DNA of 64,000 nucleotides from the NCBI GenBank assembly GCA_963749495.1, contig CAVVMW010000010.1, positions 128,001-192,000 on the forward strand, read 5' to 3'. A program made the translations under genes and the position numbers. This DNA comes from an uncultured bacterium. Its GTDB lineage: Bacteria; Verrucomicrobiota; Verrucomicrobiia; Limisphaerales; UBA8199. Positions 40,850 through 49,819 of this stretch are shown here, one piece after another (position 1 is the first letter of the stretch; every line of letters starts with the position of its first letter). The notes beneath the pieces are model-generated. The model saw only the letters and a list, made by a program, of their open reading frames with translations. It had not been told where the DNA came from and made no database searches.

Positions 40850-41115
40850 GCGGCCTCCCGCTTTGTCGGCGGCATCGGGACGGTGTGGTCCTTGGCAAAC
40901 TCGCCGCTTTGCGCCCTCTCAGTAAAGCGCCGGATTTCCTCCAGGGAAACGTAAACGCGCCCGCAGATGTTGATTGTCGAAAGCCATCCGCGCTTGCGCC
41001 AGCGCCATGCAGAAATCTCGGAGATCCCGGCGCCGTGGCACCAGCGGCGAAGGGCCATCAGCCCGGCCTGGGCGGTTTGCCCGATGGCCGTAGCTGAAAC
41101 AGTAGTGTTTTTCAT
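40846..41115 (-). CDS. excisionase/AlpA-like HTH protein
   Basis: GISEISAWRWRKRGWL..INICGRVYVSLEEIRRF. Confidence 0.75.
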   Translation of the reverse strand: MKNTTVSATAIGQTAQAGLMALRRWCHGAGISEISAWRWRKRGWLSTINICGRVYVSLEEIRRFTERAQSGEFAKDHTVPMPPTKREAA

Positions 41116-41146
41116 GCGGCCTCTTTTTACCGCATGAAAAGGCGGA

Positions 41147-42085
41147 TTAGGTGGACAGAGAATGCGCAGGTTGCGCTATCCAGGGCAGCGAATGGACGCA
41201 GTGTTGCCGCCAGCTAGCCGGAAGCGCCTCAGCGCAGCGGTGCGCCCCAGGGCTTCCAGAGACAACACCCGTCACACCTTTCATTTGTAATTCGATTTGC
41301 CCATGGCGGGGACCTTCCTTGAGGCGCCGGGCATCAATGACTATGGGGTGCCGCGCATTGGCGTGGTGAAGTCCGAGTCGCTGGCGGATCTTTCGGAAGT
41401 ACGGGACGTTGCAGCCCATATCGTTTTTCGTCACAGCTTCCAACAGCCGGGTCGTCGCATGGTCGCTGAAGTAGCAGAGGCCAGGGTCGCCGTATGGGCC
41501 AAGCCGGAGCCAACCATCGATCATCATGTAAATGATCCTGTTCTCGAATGGCTCGTGTTGCGCACTGAATTGGTCCATCGTCTTAACCGGAACAACGAAG
41601 TTCTTCCCGTGCCTCTTTTCGAGATCGGCCCTGGCTTGCCCGGCCAACGCCTCAAGGGTGCGGAGGTTCGCTTCGCCCGCGTATCGTCGGTCTTCGTCAG
41701 TCCAGGGGAACCAAAGGCCATGACGTATCTGCGCGCGTACAAGCTTTTTCGCGATGCGCCTTGCGCCCGCAACATCGCCCTCCCGCTCCAACCGCGTCAT
41801 CTCCGCTGGCAAGTAGCGGGGCAGGGTCGCTCCGCCATAGAGCATTTGCAGGACGTGGTTCATTGCCCGTGAGAGGCTCTCGGCGGCCCTGAAAAAACCA
41901 TAGCAATCCGGGTGCAGGTCGCGGACCCCCAGGAGGAACCGCCAGGTGTCCTCTCGTCTTTCGGCCTCGCGGATGATCCAGTCCTGGACGCGCGGGAGGA
42001 TGAAGCGCCCCAGGAAAGGATCGGCCTTTAGCTCTGTGGGCGATTGGCCGGGAGGAAAGAACGTGAACTTCTTAGGGTCACTCAT
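41147..42085 (-). CDS. hypothetical protein between integrase and Xis
   Basis: Long ORF starting MSDPKKF, 2 bp after the integrase stop. Confidence 0.6.
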   Translation of the reverse strand: MSDPKKFTFFPPGQSPTELKADPFLGRFILPRVQDWIIREAERREDTWRFLLGVRDLHPDCYGFFRAAESLSRAMNHVLQMLYGGATLPRYLPAEMTRLEREGDVAGARRIAKKLVRAQIRHGLWFPWTDEDRRYAGEANLRTLEALAGQARADLEKRHGKNFVVPVKTMDQFSAQHEPFENRIIYMMIDGWLRLGPYGDPGLCYFSDHATTRLLEAVTKNDMGCNVPYFRKIRQRLGLHHANARHPIVIDARRLKEGPRHGQIELQMKGVTGVVSGSPGAHRCAEALPASWRQHCVHSLPWIAQPAHSLST

Positions 42086-42087
42086 GC

Positions 42088-43380
42088 TCAAACAGTGGAT
42101 TTCTGGGCCACAGTTGCCGGCTCGAAGCTCAACTTCTCGGCCATTGCCTTCCTGTGCTCGTTGGCGAGGTGGCCGTAAACCTTGCCGATCAAGATCCCGC
42201 CGTCCTTGTGTCCGACCCAGGCGGCAATGGTCATGAAATCGATCCCGCTCATGACGCACATGGAGATGAAATGGTGGCGCAGGTCGTGAAAGCCGAAACT
42301 GGGCATCCCCGCTTTGGCGCGGACCATGCCGAGGGATTCACGGAACGTCTTGGCCGGAATGTCCTTGTCGCCTCGTTGCGGTGATGGGAACACCCACACC
42401 GAGTCCGGGGCAAGGCGCGCGGCCATGTCGTCCAAGTGCGCCCGCAAGCGCGGATTGAAGTCCACCGTGCGCTCCTCGCCGTTCTTCAGGCTCTCGATTC
42501 CCCGGTTCGTCACTTGGCGCCGGACGTGCAATTGCGCGTTCTCAAAGTCCACGTCATCCCATTGCAGCCCCAGGGCCTCATTTCGGCGGCAGCCGCTGTA
42601 GGCCATCACCTTGACGTAATCCGCAAATTCCTGGGCGTTCTCAGTGACCGGCACTTGCTGATCGTTCTCGCCCGCCTTCCTCTCGAATGCGGCCTTGCAA
42701 ATCTTCTCGAGGTCGGCGGTGGTAAAGAGCGGGCGCTTTGACTCAGTTTCCGGCAGAGGCTTCATTCCCTCTACTGGGAGCCGCTGGATTAGCCCGTCCT
42801 CCATTGCCCGCTTCATCACGCAGCGCAGCCCGATCACGTCCAGGTTGATTGTCCGGTTGCATACCTTGGAATCGCCGTGCGAGTCCTGCTCCTTCTGTCG
42901 CGACACAATGAAGCGGTTGACATGCACCCTCTTGATCTGGTCGAGCCGCAACTGGCCTATGGACTCGATCCAACGTCCAAGAACCGTCCGCTCCTTTTCC
43001 ACCGTGGCGGGAGCCTTGGCGCCCTCGCCGGCGGCGATGGCTTCGAGGTAGGTCGGAACGTAATCGGCAAACTTCGGAGTTCGACCCAGGTTGCGCAGCG
43101 TGTTGTCCCCCCTGTGCGTCCGAAGGCGGTTCAACTCCGCAACGGCTTGGGGCACGGTCTGGACAGGGTTGTTGTCCTTGTCCACGAGAGGCACCCATGT
43201 CGTTTTCTTCATGCCGGTGATGGGATTCTCGATGTTCAGCCGCGCGTAATAGCGCCCGTTGCGGACCCATAGCCCGCGAATCTCCTGCTTGCGCCCGTCC
43301 AGGACCTTTGCGAAAGTCTGGCCATGAGATTGACGCTGGTTGATGTCTGGATTGTTTCGTTCTGTTTCGGCTCGTTTCAT
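42088..43380 (-). CDS. int: tyrosine recombinase/integrase
   Basis: GCRRNEAL (R), HDLRHHF (HxxR), VGHKDG (H), KVYGH (Y); adjacent to att. Confidence 0.95.
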   Translation of the reverse strand: MKRAETERNNPDINQRQSHGQTFAKVLDGRKQEIRGLWVRNGRYYARLNIENPITGMKKTTWVPLVDKDNNPVQTVPQAVAELNRLRTHRGDNTLRNLGRTPKFADYVPTYLEAIAAGEGAKAPATVEKERTVLGRWIESIGQLRLDQIKRVHVNRFIVSRQKEQDSHGDSKVCNRTINLDVIGLRCVMKRAMEDGLIQRLPVEGMKPLPETESKRPLFTTADLEKICKAAFERKAGENDQQVPVTENAQEFADYVKVMAYSGCRRNEALGLQWDDVDFENAQLHVRRQVTNRGIESLKNGEERTVDFNPRLRAHLDDMAARLAPDSVWVFPSPQRGDKDIPAKTFRESLGMVRAKAGMPSFGFHDLRHHFISMCVMSGIDFMTIAAWVGHKDGGILIGKVYGHLANEHRKAMAEKLSFEPATVAQKSTV

Positions 43381-43388
43381 GCCCTAGC

Positions 43389-43410
43389 AGTGTCACAATT
43401 AGTGTCACAG
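43389..43410. promoter_or_regulatory. putative integrase arm-type site (right)
   Basis: agtgtcacaattagtgtcacag, identical to 33875-33896. Confidence 0.7.
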
Positions 43411-43472
43411 CGTCAATCTCAGATTTTAGCCGAAGTCGTAAGTCATTGTATTTAAATGTAATTCTCTTGCTT

Positions 43473-43560
43473 GCCGGTGTGGCGAAATGGCAGACGCACA
43501 GGACTTAAAATCCTGGGGCCTTAAAAAGCCGTGTGGGTTCAAGTCCCACCACCGGCACCA
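43473..43560 (+). tRNA. tRNA-Leu (anticodon TAA)
   Basis: GCCGGTG/CACCGGC acceptor stem, CAGGA-CTTAAAA-TCCTG anticodon arm, long variable arm, GGTTCAAGTCC, encoded CCA. Confidence 0.96.
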
Positions 43561-43625
43561 CTGCACTGCCAGGCGCCTCGAAAGCGGCCCGCCGGTTGCT
43601 GGGCCGCGCTGGGCCTGCCCTTTCT

Positions 43626-43768
43626 ATGAACCGTCGCCCAGCCCGCAAGGTTTTGGACTGCGCCAGTCCTCTGGCGCTTTCGCGTGCCCAGGTTCCAAAG
43701 AGCGCCAGAGGACTGGCGCAGTCCAAAACGCTTCGCGGCTTCGGGCGCCATGCACCAGGGGTTCATGG
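43626..43768. repeat. REP/REPIN-like family A copy 2
   Basis: ttttggactgcgccagtcctctggcgct..agcgccagaggactggcgcagtccaaaa within atgaacc..ggttcat. Confidence 0.8.
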
Positions 43769-43785
43769 TTGCCATGCACGAAGTC

Positions 43786-44568
43786 TCACTGCGGGGAGGA
43801 CGCCGGCCGGGGGGGCAGGGGCTCGGGAGGGCGGGTGCCGGGAGGGACTCGGGGCCGGCGGCGCATGTTGTTGCGGAACCAGAGCCGCCAGACCATCAGG
43901 ATGGCCTCGCGGATGATACGGCGGGACATCTTGGAGCGGCCCTGGAAACGGTCGGTGAAGATGATCGGCACCTCAACGATCTTCAGGCCCTGGCTCCAGA
44001 GTTCGTGGGTCATCTCGACCTGGAAACTGTAGCCGGTGGAGCGGATGGCGTCGAGGTTGACGGCCTCGAGGGCGCGCCGGCGGAAGCACTTGTAGCCGCC
44101 GGTCGGGTCGGTGAAAGGCATCCCGGTGACGATCTGGACGTATTTGGCGGCGCAACTGCTGAGCAGGAGCCGGCTCAGCGGCCAATTGATGATGCGGATG
44201 CCATTGAGGTAGCGCGAGCCGAGGACCAGGTCCGCCTCTTTGGCGGCCTGGAGGAACACCGGGATGTCATCCGGGTTATGGGAGAAATCGCCGTCCAGCT
44301 CGAAGACGAACTGGTAGTGGCGCTCCAAGGCCCACTTGAACCCGGCGATGTAGGCCGGGCCCAGGCCGCTCTTGTCCTTCCGGTGCAGGACGTGGACGGC
44401 GGGGTGCTTGGCCGCCAGATCGTCGGCCAGTTTGCCGGTCCCATCCGGCGAATTGTCGTCCACCACCAGCAGGTCTATGGGGACGGGCAGGGCCAGAAGC
44501 CGTGCCGCGAGCGAAGGGAGGTTCTCCCGCTCGTTGTATGTCGGCACTACCACCAGGGTGCTGTTCAT
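43786..44568 (-). CDS. polyprenol-monophosphomannose synthase (GT2)
   Basis: VVVPTYNERENL, VDDNSPDGTG, ELDGDFSH, GYSFQVEM. Confidence 0.92.
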   Translation of the reverse strand: MNSTLVVVPTYNERENLPSLAARLLALPVPIDLLVVDDNSPDGTGKLADDLAAKHPAVHVLHRKDKSGLGPAYIAGFKWALERHYQFVFELDGDFSHNPDDIPVFLQAAKEADLVLGSRYLNGIRIINWPLSRLLLSSCAAKYVQIVTGMPFTDPTGGYKCFRRRALEAVNLDAIRSTGYSFQVEMTHELWSQGLKIVEVPIIFTDRFQGRSKMSRRIIREAILMVWRLWFRNNMRRRPRVPPGTRPPEPLPPRPASSPQ

Positions 44569-44840
44569 GCAAATGACGCCGGCAGATTCATAAACGAGCC
44601 GGTGCCCGAAAACAAGCGGGGATTTTTGGCGTTGACCGGGTTGGGGCGCATCCCGACACTGCCCGCGGAGTGCGCCCGTCCCCGGGCGCAGCAGCGACGG
44701 AGCGGGCAGGCGCGCTTGAGTATTTGACCGCTGCCCTGGCTCCGGACGTCGCTGCGCCCGAGGACGGGCGCACTCCGGCCCTGCCCCCGGCGGTGGGGCC
44801 AGTGTGGGAATGCGCTCGTCGCGAGCAAACCAACAGATCT

Positions 44841-47072
44841 ATGGCTGTCGATACTGAGAAAGACCTCAAATCCCTCGAAGAACGCGACCGGGAATGGCTG
44901 GAGAGGGTGTATCGCGGGGACAAAGAGAAGGACCTGACGCCGCGCGCCGTGCTGGTGGGGATGCTCTTTGGCGGGTTGATGTCGCTCTCCAATCTCTATG
45001 TGGGGCTCAAGTCGGGTTGGGGCCTGGACGTGGGCATCGCAGCGATCATCGTCAGCTTTTCCTTGTTCAAGGGTTTGCAGGCGCTCGGGCTGGTGAGGCG
45101 CCAGTTCGGGATGATGGAGAGCACGATGACGATGACCGTGTCGGTCGCGGCGAGCTGGCTCTCGTCGGCGGGGCTGGTTTCGGCGGTGCCGGCGCTGACG
45201 ATGCTCACTGGCTACCAATTCGTCTGGTGGAGACTCACCCTGCTCCTGGCCACCATCCTCTATCTGGGGATATTTGTGGCCATCCCGCTCAAGCGGCAGA
45301 TGATCCAGATCGAGTCGTTGCGTTTCCCCGTGAGCATTCCCTGCGGCGAGACGCTCAAGGCCATGTACTCGCACGGGGGCCAGGCGGTGCAAAAGGCCAA
45401 GAGCCTGGGCTTGGCGGGCTGCGTCGGAATGCTCGTCGCCGGGTTTCGCGACGGCTTCCACCTGATTCCGGCCCAGTTGGGCCTCCCTCTGCGAATCGGC
45501 GGCGTCAGCCTCAGCAAGCTCACGCTCACCCTGGAGCCGAGCCTGATTTTCATCGGCATGGGCGCGCTCTTTGGCATGAAGGTGGGCATGAGCATGCTCC
45601 TGGGGGTCATCGTGAATTACGGCATCCTGGCGCCGCATTACATCAACGGCAAGGTCATCCATCACGCCCCGCCGCAGGTCCAGGCGGTCTCCGCGCCCGC
45701 GCTGCCTCTTTCGCTGCCCGCGGGCGCCAGCCTCAGCGTCGTGCTGGCCGAGGCCAATGCCGGGCCGGAACTCTCGTCGGGGACCAATTCCCGCATCCTG
45801 CGCTATGCCTGGAGCCAGCCGGCCGCATACGACCGCTTGGCGGACATCGCGCGCGATCTGTCCGCGCCGGTCCTCAAAGACGGTTCGCCCAATCCGCTTT
45901 ATGGCCTGGTCACCGCAGCCAGTGTGAACAGCAAGACGCTCGGCACAAACGTCCTGGCTCTCGAAGCCCCCTGGGCCACCAACTGGGAAGCCGCGCTCTC
46001 CATCCCGACCAACCAACCCCCGGACATCGTCAAGGCGCTCGGGTTCAAATCCGGAGCGCGCGACTTCCGCCCCGTTGGCGGCTTCAGGAATATCAGCGCC
46101 TGGTCGCTCTGGCCCGGGGCGACGGTCCTGGTGGTGGGGGGATTGCTGATGCTGGCCTTCCAATGGCGCACGCTGGGGCGCACGTTTGCCGGCCTCTTCG
46201 CCGGTTTGGGCGGCGGCAAGAATGCGCCCGAGACTGCGCTGAGCCGGGTGGAAGTCCCGATGTTGTGGTTTGTCATCGGGTTCGTCGTGACCGGGACGCT
46301 GGCGGCGGCGCTGCTGGTCTGGCTGTTCGCGATTCACTGGTACATGGGCGTGCTGGGCGTGGTCCTGAGCTTCTTTTTGGCCGCCGTGGCCGCGCGGGCC
46401 TTGGCCGAGACGAGCATCAACCCCCTCGGCGCGCTGGGCAAGGTCACGCAGTTGACCTACGGTGTGGTGGCGCCGGGCAACATCCCCGCCAGCCTGATGA
46501 CTGCCTGTGTCACCGCCGGCGCCGCGTGCAGTTGCGGAGACACCATCGGCAATCTGAAGGTCGGCCACATGGTGGGCGCCAATCCCCGCAAGCAACTGGC
46601 CGCCCAACTCTGCGGCGTGCTGGCCGGGGCATTTCTGGCGGTGCCGGCCTATTTTGTCCTGGTGCCCGATGCCAACACGCTGGGGGGCGAGAAGTTCCCC
46701 GCCCCCTCGGCGCTGGTCTGGATGGGCGTGGCCAAGGTGCTCTCACAGGGGATCAAGACCCTGCCGCCCAGCGCCGTCACGGCCATGGCTATCGCCGCCG
46801 CCCTCGGAGTCGTCATCGTCCTCATCGACCGCCTCTTCCCCAAACTCAAACCCTACACCCCCTCCCCGACCGCCCTGGGCATCTCCTTGACGATACCCGG
46901 GAGCACCAGTGTTGCCATGTTCCTCGGGGCGCTCATCGTGTGGATACTCGAACGGGCCGCCGCCCGGTGGAACGACCTCTACACTGTCGCTCTCGCCTCG
47001 GGCGGCATTGCCGGCGAGAGCATCATGGGCGTCATCCTGGCCGTCCTGGCCGCCCTGGGCGTCCTCAAATGA
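44841..47072 (+). CDS. OPT-family oligopeptide transporter
   Basis: LTPRAV, NLYVGLKSGW, LRFP, ETSINP, KVTQL, NPRKQ, FPAPSA, SGGIAGES. Confidence 0.92.
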   Translation: MAVDTEKDLKSLEERDREWLERVYRGDKEKDLTPRAVLVGMLFGGLMSLSNLYVGLKSGWGLDVGIAAIIVSFSLFKGLQALGLVRRQFGMMESTMTMTVSVAASWLSSAGLVSAVPALTMLTGYQFVWWRLTLLLATILYLGIFVAIPLKRQMIQIESLRFPVSIPCGETLKAMYSHGGQAVQKAKSLGLAGCVGMLVAGFRDGFHLIPAQLGLPLRIGGVSLSKLTLTLEPSLIFIGMGALFGMKVGMSMLLGVIVNYGILAPHYINGKVIHHAPPQVQAVSAPALPLSLPAGASLSVVLAEANAGPELSSGTNSRILRYAWSQPAAYDRLADIARDLSAPVLKDGSPNPLYGLVTAASVNSKTLGTNVLALEAPWATNWEAALSIPTNQPPDIVKALGFKSGARDFRPVGGFRNISAWSLWPGATVLVVGGLLMLAFQWRTLGRTFAGLFAGLGGGKNAPETALSRVEVPMLWFVIGFVVTGTLAAALLVWLFAIHWYMGVLGVVLSFFLAAVAARALAETSINPLGALGKVTQLTYGVVAPGNIPASLMTACVTAGAACSCGDTIGNLKVGHMVGANPRKQLAAQLCGVLAGAFLAVPAYFVLVPDANTLGGEKFPAPSALVWMGVAKVLSQGIKTLPPSAVTAMAIAAALGVVIVLIDRLFPKLKPYTPSPTALGISLTIPGSTSVAMFLGALIVWILERAAARWNDLYTVALASGGIAGESIMGVILAVLAALGVLK

Positions 47073-47124
47073 GAATGGATAAGTGCATTATTGGATTAGT
47101 GGATTGGTGGACGCGCCCCGACCG

Positions 47125-47226
47125 GTTTCACGTTTCACGTTTCACGTTTCGCGGTCTTGAATGACCAATAGCTAATAGCCAATAGCCAATTCTTCACGCC
47201 TCACGTTTCACGCCTCACGTTTCACT
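47125..47226. repeat. short heptamer tandem repeats (TTTCACG, CCAATAG)
   Basis: tttcacgtttcacgtttcacg; cacgcctcacgtttcacgcctcacgtttcac. Confidence 0.6.
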
Positions 47227-47277
47227 TCGCGCCAGCATTGCATTGCCCCGGCCCTCTGCGCTATCTTCGCCTCAACT

Positions 47278-48603
47278 ATGAAACTCTTCTCCAGCAAATA
47301 CCTCCTCGCACTGGTTTCCGCAGCCTCTCTGGCCCTGGGCGCCGTTGCCGGGGACTTTTTTGTCCGCGACGGCGATCGCCTCGTTTTTCTGGGCGACAGC
47401 ATCACCGAGCAACGACTCTACACGACGTACATCGAGGCCTACGCGCTTACGCGGCACCCGGACTGGAAGCTCACGTTTCGCAACGTGGGCTGGGGCGGTG
47501 ACACTGCGTGGCTGCGGCAGCGGTCTCACCCCGACGAGCGCCAATTGTTCGAGGCCGAGCCCGATGCCCAGCAGAAGATGGTCGAGGAGGCGGTCGGGCG
47601 CGGGCTTGGCCGGGACGTGCTCCCCCTCAAGCCGAGCGTGGTCACGATCAAGTTCGGCATGAACGACCACGCCTACCAGGCCTTCCGCCAGGACATCTTC
47701 CGGGCTTACGCTCGCAGCCAGGAGCAACTGGCCAAAGTGCTGGAGGCCAACGGCGCCCGCGTGGCCTTCCTGACGCCCCAGCCCATCGAAGACAAACGGC
47801 CCGACCCGGACAAGGACGCGCGCAATCAATCCCTGCGCAAGTTCTCCGACGGCCTCAAGGAGGTCGCCGCCAGGACCGGCGCCGCATTCGTGGACCAGTT
47901 CGACCCTTACATGGCCATCCTGGTGCGCGAGCGCGCCGGCAACCCCTCGGGCTTTGTCGGCGGGGGCGACGCTGTCCATCCCGGCCCCATCGGCCATACC
48001 GTCATGGCCTGGGCCATCCTCAAGGCGCTGGGCGCCCCGGACCTGGTCTCGAGGGCGGAGATCGACGCGGCGGCCCCAAAACTCCTGGCCGCCCAAGGCT
48101 GCCGTATCGAGAACGTGAACCTGGCCGATGGCACGCTGAGCTTTGTCCGCTGGGACGACGCCCTGCCCATGCCAATCAACGCGCGGGCCGAACGAGCCCT
48201 GGAGCTGGCGCCCATCCTCGCCGACCTGAGCCGCTATGAGCTGCGGGTGACCGGCCTGCCGGCCGGCGCCTATGAGGTGGTGATCAACGGCGAGACCGTC
48301 GCCAAATTCAGCAGCGAAGACCTGGCCAAGGGCTGCAACCTGACCACGACCGCCGGGCCGGTTACCCGCCAGGCCCGCCAGGTCCTGAGCCTGGTCGTCA
48401 AGAAGAACGACGCCTTCTACAACCGCTGGCGCAACGTGCAGCTCTATGGTTTCCCGTCCTGGGCCCAAGGCCCCGAGATGGAAGCCCGGCGCACTGCCGA
48501 GTTGGCGCGCCTGGATGGGGAAATCGCCGCCCAGGAGACCGCCATCTTTCACGCCCGCCAGCCCAAGCAGCGCCATTTCACCGTCAAGCGCAGCGCAGAG
48601 TAA
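47278..48603 (+). CDS. secreted SGNH/GDSL hydrolase
   Basis: FLGDSITE, GWGGD, FGMND, DAVHP. Confidence 0.92.
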   Translation: MKLFSSKYLLALVSAASLALGAVAGDFFVRDGDRLVFLGDSITEQRLYTTYIEAYALTRHPDWKLTFRNVGWGGDTAWLRQRSHPDERQLFEAEPDAQQKMVEEAVGRGLGRDVLPLKPSVVTIKFGMNDHAYQAFRQDIFRAYARSQEQLAKVLEANGARVAFLTPQPIEDKRPDPDKDARNQSLRKFSDGLKEVAARTGAAFVDQFDPYMAILVRERAGNPSGFVGGGDAVHPGPIGHTVMAWAILKALGAPDLVSRAEIDAAAPKLLAAQGCRIENVNLADGTLSFVRWDDALPMPINARAERALELAPILADLSRYELRVTGLPAGAYEVVINGETVAKFSSEDLAKGCNLTTTAGPVTRQARQVLSLVVKKNDAFYNRWRNVQLYGFPSWAQGPEMEARRTAELARLDGEIAAQETAIFHARQPKQRHFTVKRSAE

Positions 48604-48791
48604 GGATGCGTCGCGTAGTAGCGATGGGCTTAAGCAACAGTCTGTAAGCCCCAATGCCACTGGGGTCCATGCTCGGCCTGGAGGGACGCGTGACAAGAGC
48701 CCGACGTTTCGACGTTAGGCTCAGTCATACAAAGGCGCCAGGCTGGTTCGGGCGGGCAATGAAACCGCAGAGACGCAAAGAACGCCCAGCA

Positions 48792-49277
48792 TTACGTATC
48801 GGTGAGCAGCGAATCGCTGAAGGCCTGTAGGGCGGCAAACAACTCCAGCTTTCGCAAATTCCAGTCGGCAGCCAGGCGGGCCAACCGGGTCGGATCGAGG
48901 CTCACGTCGTAGCTGTGCCGGAACACATGGCGGAAGCCTCGCAGATCATGGAGCAGGGGCCTCAGGCCCTCCGTGAGCACCGCTGAACGCACGCCCGGTA
49001 TGTCCAGGAACATCTTGTCGAGCAATTCGCGGTGCCAGCGGGACACCTCCACGACGTGATTCTCGAAGGTTCGGGAGACCTGTTCAAACGAGTTTTCCAA
49101 GGCGTTGTAGAGGTTGTGCAACAGGTAGCCGGCCGCCGCCCAATCCCGGAACGCGCCGCTCCCCGGCGCGAGCGCCGTCACAATGGGCGCGAGCTCCGCG
49201 TCCATGCGCCGAATCGCCTCCAGGTCGTGCCGCAGCACGGCGCACAATGAGGCCCGTGCGGCGGTCTCAGGCCTCAT
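48792..49277 (-). CDS. HEPN-domain (HepT-like) ribonuclease toxin
   Basis: LHNLYNALE..F, WHRELL, FRHVFRHSY (Rx4H). Confidence 0.85.
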   Translation of the reverse strand: MRPETAARASLCAVLRHDLEAIRRMDAELAPIVTALAPGSGAFRDWAAAGYLLHNLYNALENSFEQVSRTFENHVVEVSRWHRELLDKMFLDIPGVRSAVLTEGLRPLLHDLRGFRHVFRHSYDVSLDPTRLARLAADWNLRKLELFAALQAFSDSLLTDT

Positions 49278-49578
49278 ACAAGAGCTTTCCCCAGCGCCGC
49301 ACCTCCTCTTTGAGAGCTCCACTGGCGGTCTCCCAACGCACTAAGTCCACGGGCAAATCCAGCCGCGGACACAGTTCCGACCACGTCCGCTCCAACTCGC
49401 CCGCGGGCAGCCCTTCGACAGCAAAGTCCAGATCCGAGCGCCAGTCCAGGTTCCTGCCTTTAGCAGCCGAGCCAAAAAGCCAAACGCGCTTGACCCCGGC
49501 CCGGCGCGAGAGCAGCTCGGCCGCCAGCGCCACGTCGCGGGCGATAAGCTTGGCAGGGATACGGCCATTTACGCTCAT
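49267..49578 (-). CDS. minimal nucleotidyltransferase (MntA-like antitoxin)
   Basis: VWLFGSAAKG..RSDLDFAV, PVDLV; overlaps the HEPN gene start. Confidence 0.88.
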   Translation of the reverse strand: MSVNGRIPAKLIARDVALAAELLSRRAGVKRVWLFGSAAKGRNLDWRSDLDFAVEGLPAGELERTWSELCPRLDLPVDLVRWETASGALKEEVRRWGKLLYEA

Positions 49579-49657
49579 GCAATTCAGAATACGCTGTTGT
49601 CGGAGGGTTGACAAGACGAAGGACGAAGGACGAATGAGCGGGCGAAGTCGCGAAGCG

Positions 49658-49760
49658 TTTTGGACTGCGCCAGTCCTCTGGCGCTTTTTGGACCCAGGGG
49701 ACGCGAAAGCGCCAGAGGACTGGCGCAGTCCAAAACCTTCGGATCTGGCGTCGGTTCATG
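49658..49760. repeat. REP/REPIN-like family A copy 3
   Basis: ttttggactgcgccagtcctctggcgctt..aagcgccagaggactggcgcagtccaaaa. Confidence 0.8.
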
Positions 49761-49819
49761 AAGGCGCGGGAATGGCGCGCACTCCAGGCGCTTGGCGAGG
49801 TCGGCCGCGCGTCTCTGCC

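Larger units (their letters stand above)
33711..43511. mobile_element. ~9.8 kb integrated satellite/PICI-like element in tRNA-Leu(TAA)
   Basis: 41-bp att repeats 9760 bp apart; integrase, HTH and primase-helicase; no capsid, tail or conjugation genes seen. Confidence 0.9.

Noticed and set aside
44565..46607. 680-aa minus-strand ORF (also 44894..47164 +)
   Set aside because: Shadow frames of the OPT transporter.
47125..47226. CRISPR array
   Set aside because: Heptamer microsatellite-like repeats without spacers; no cas genes.
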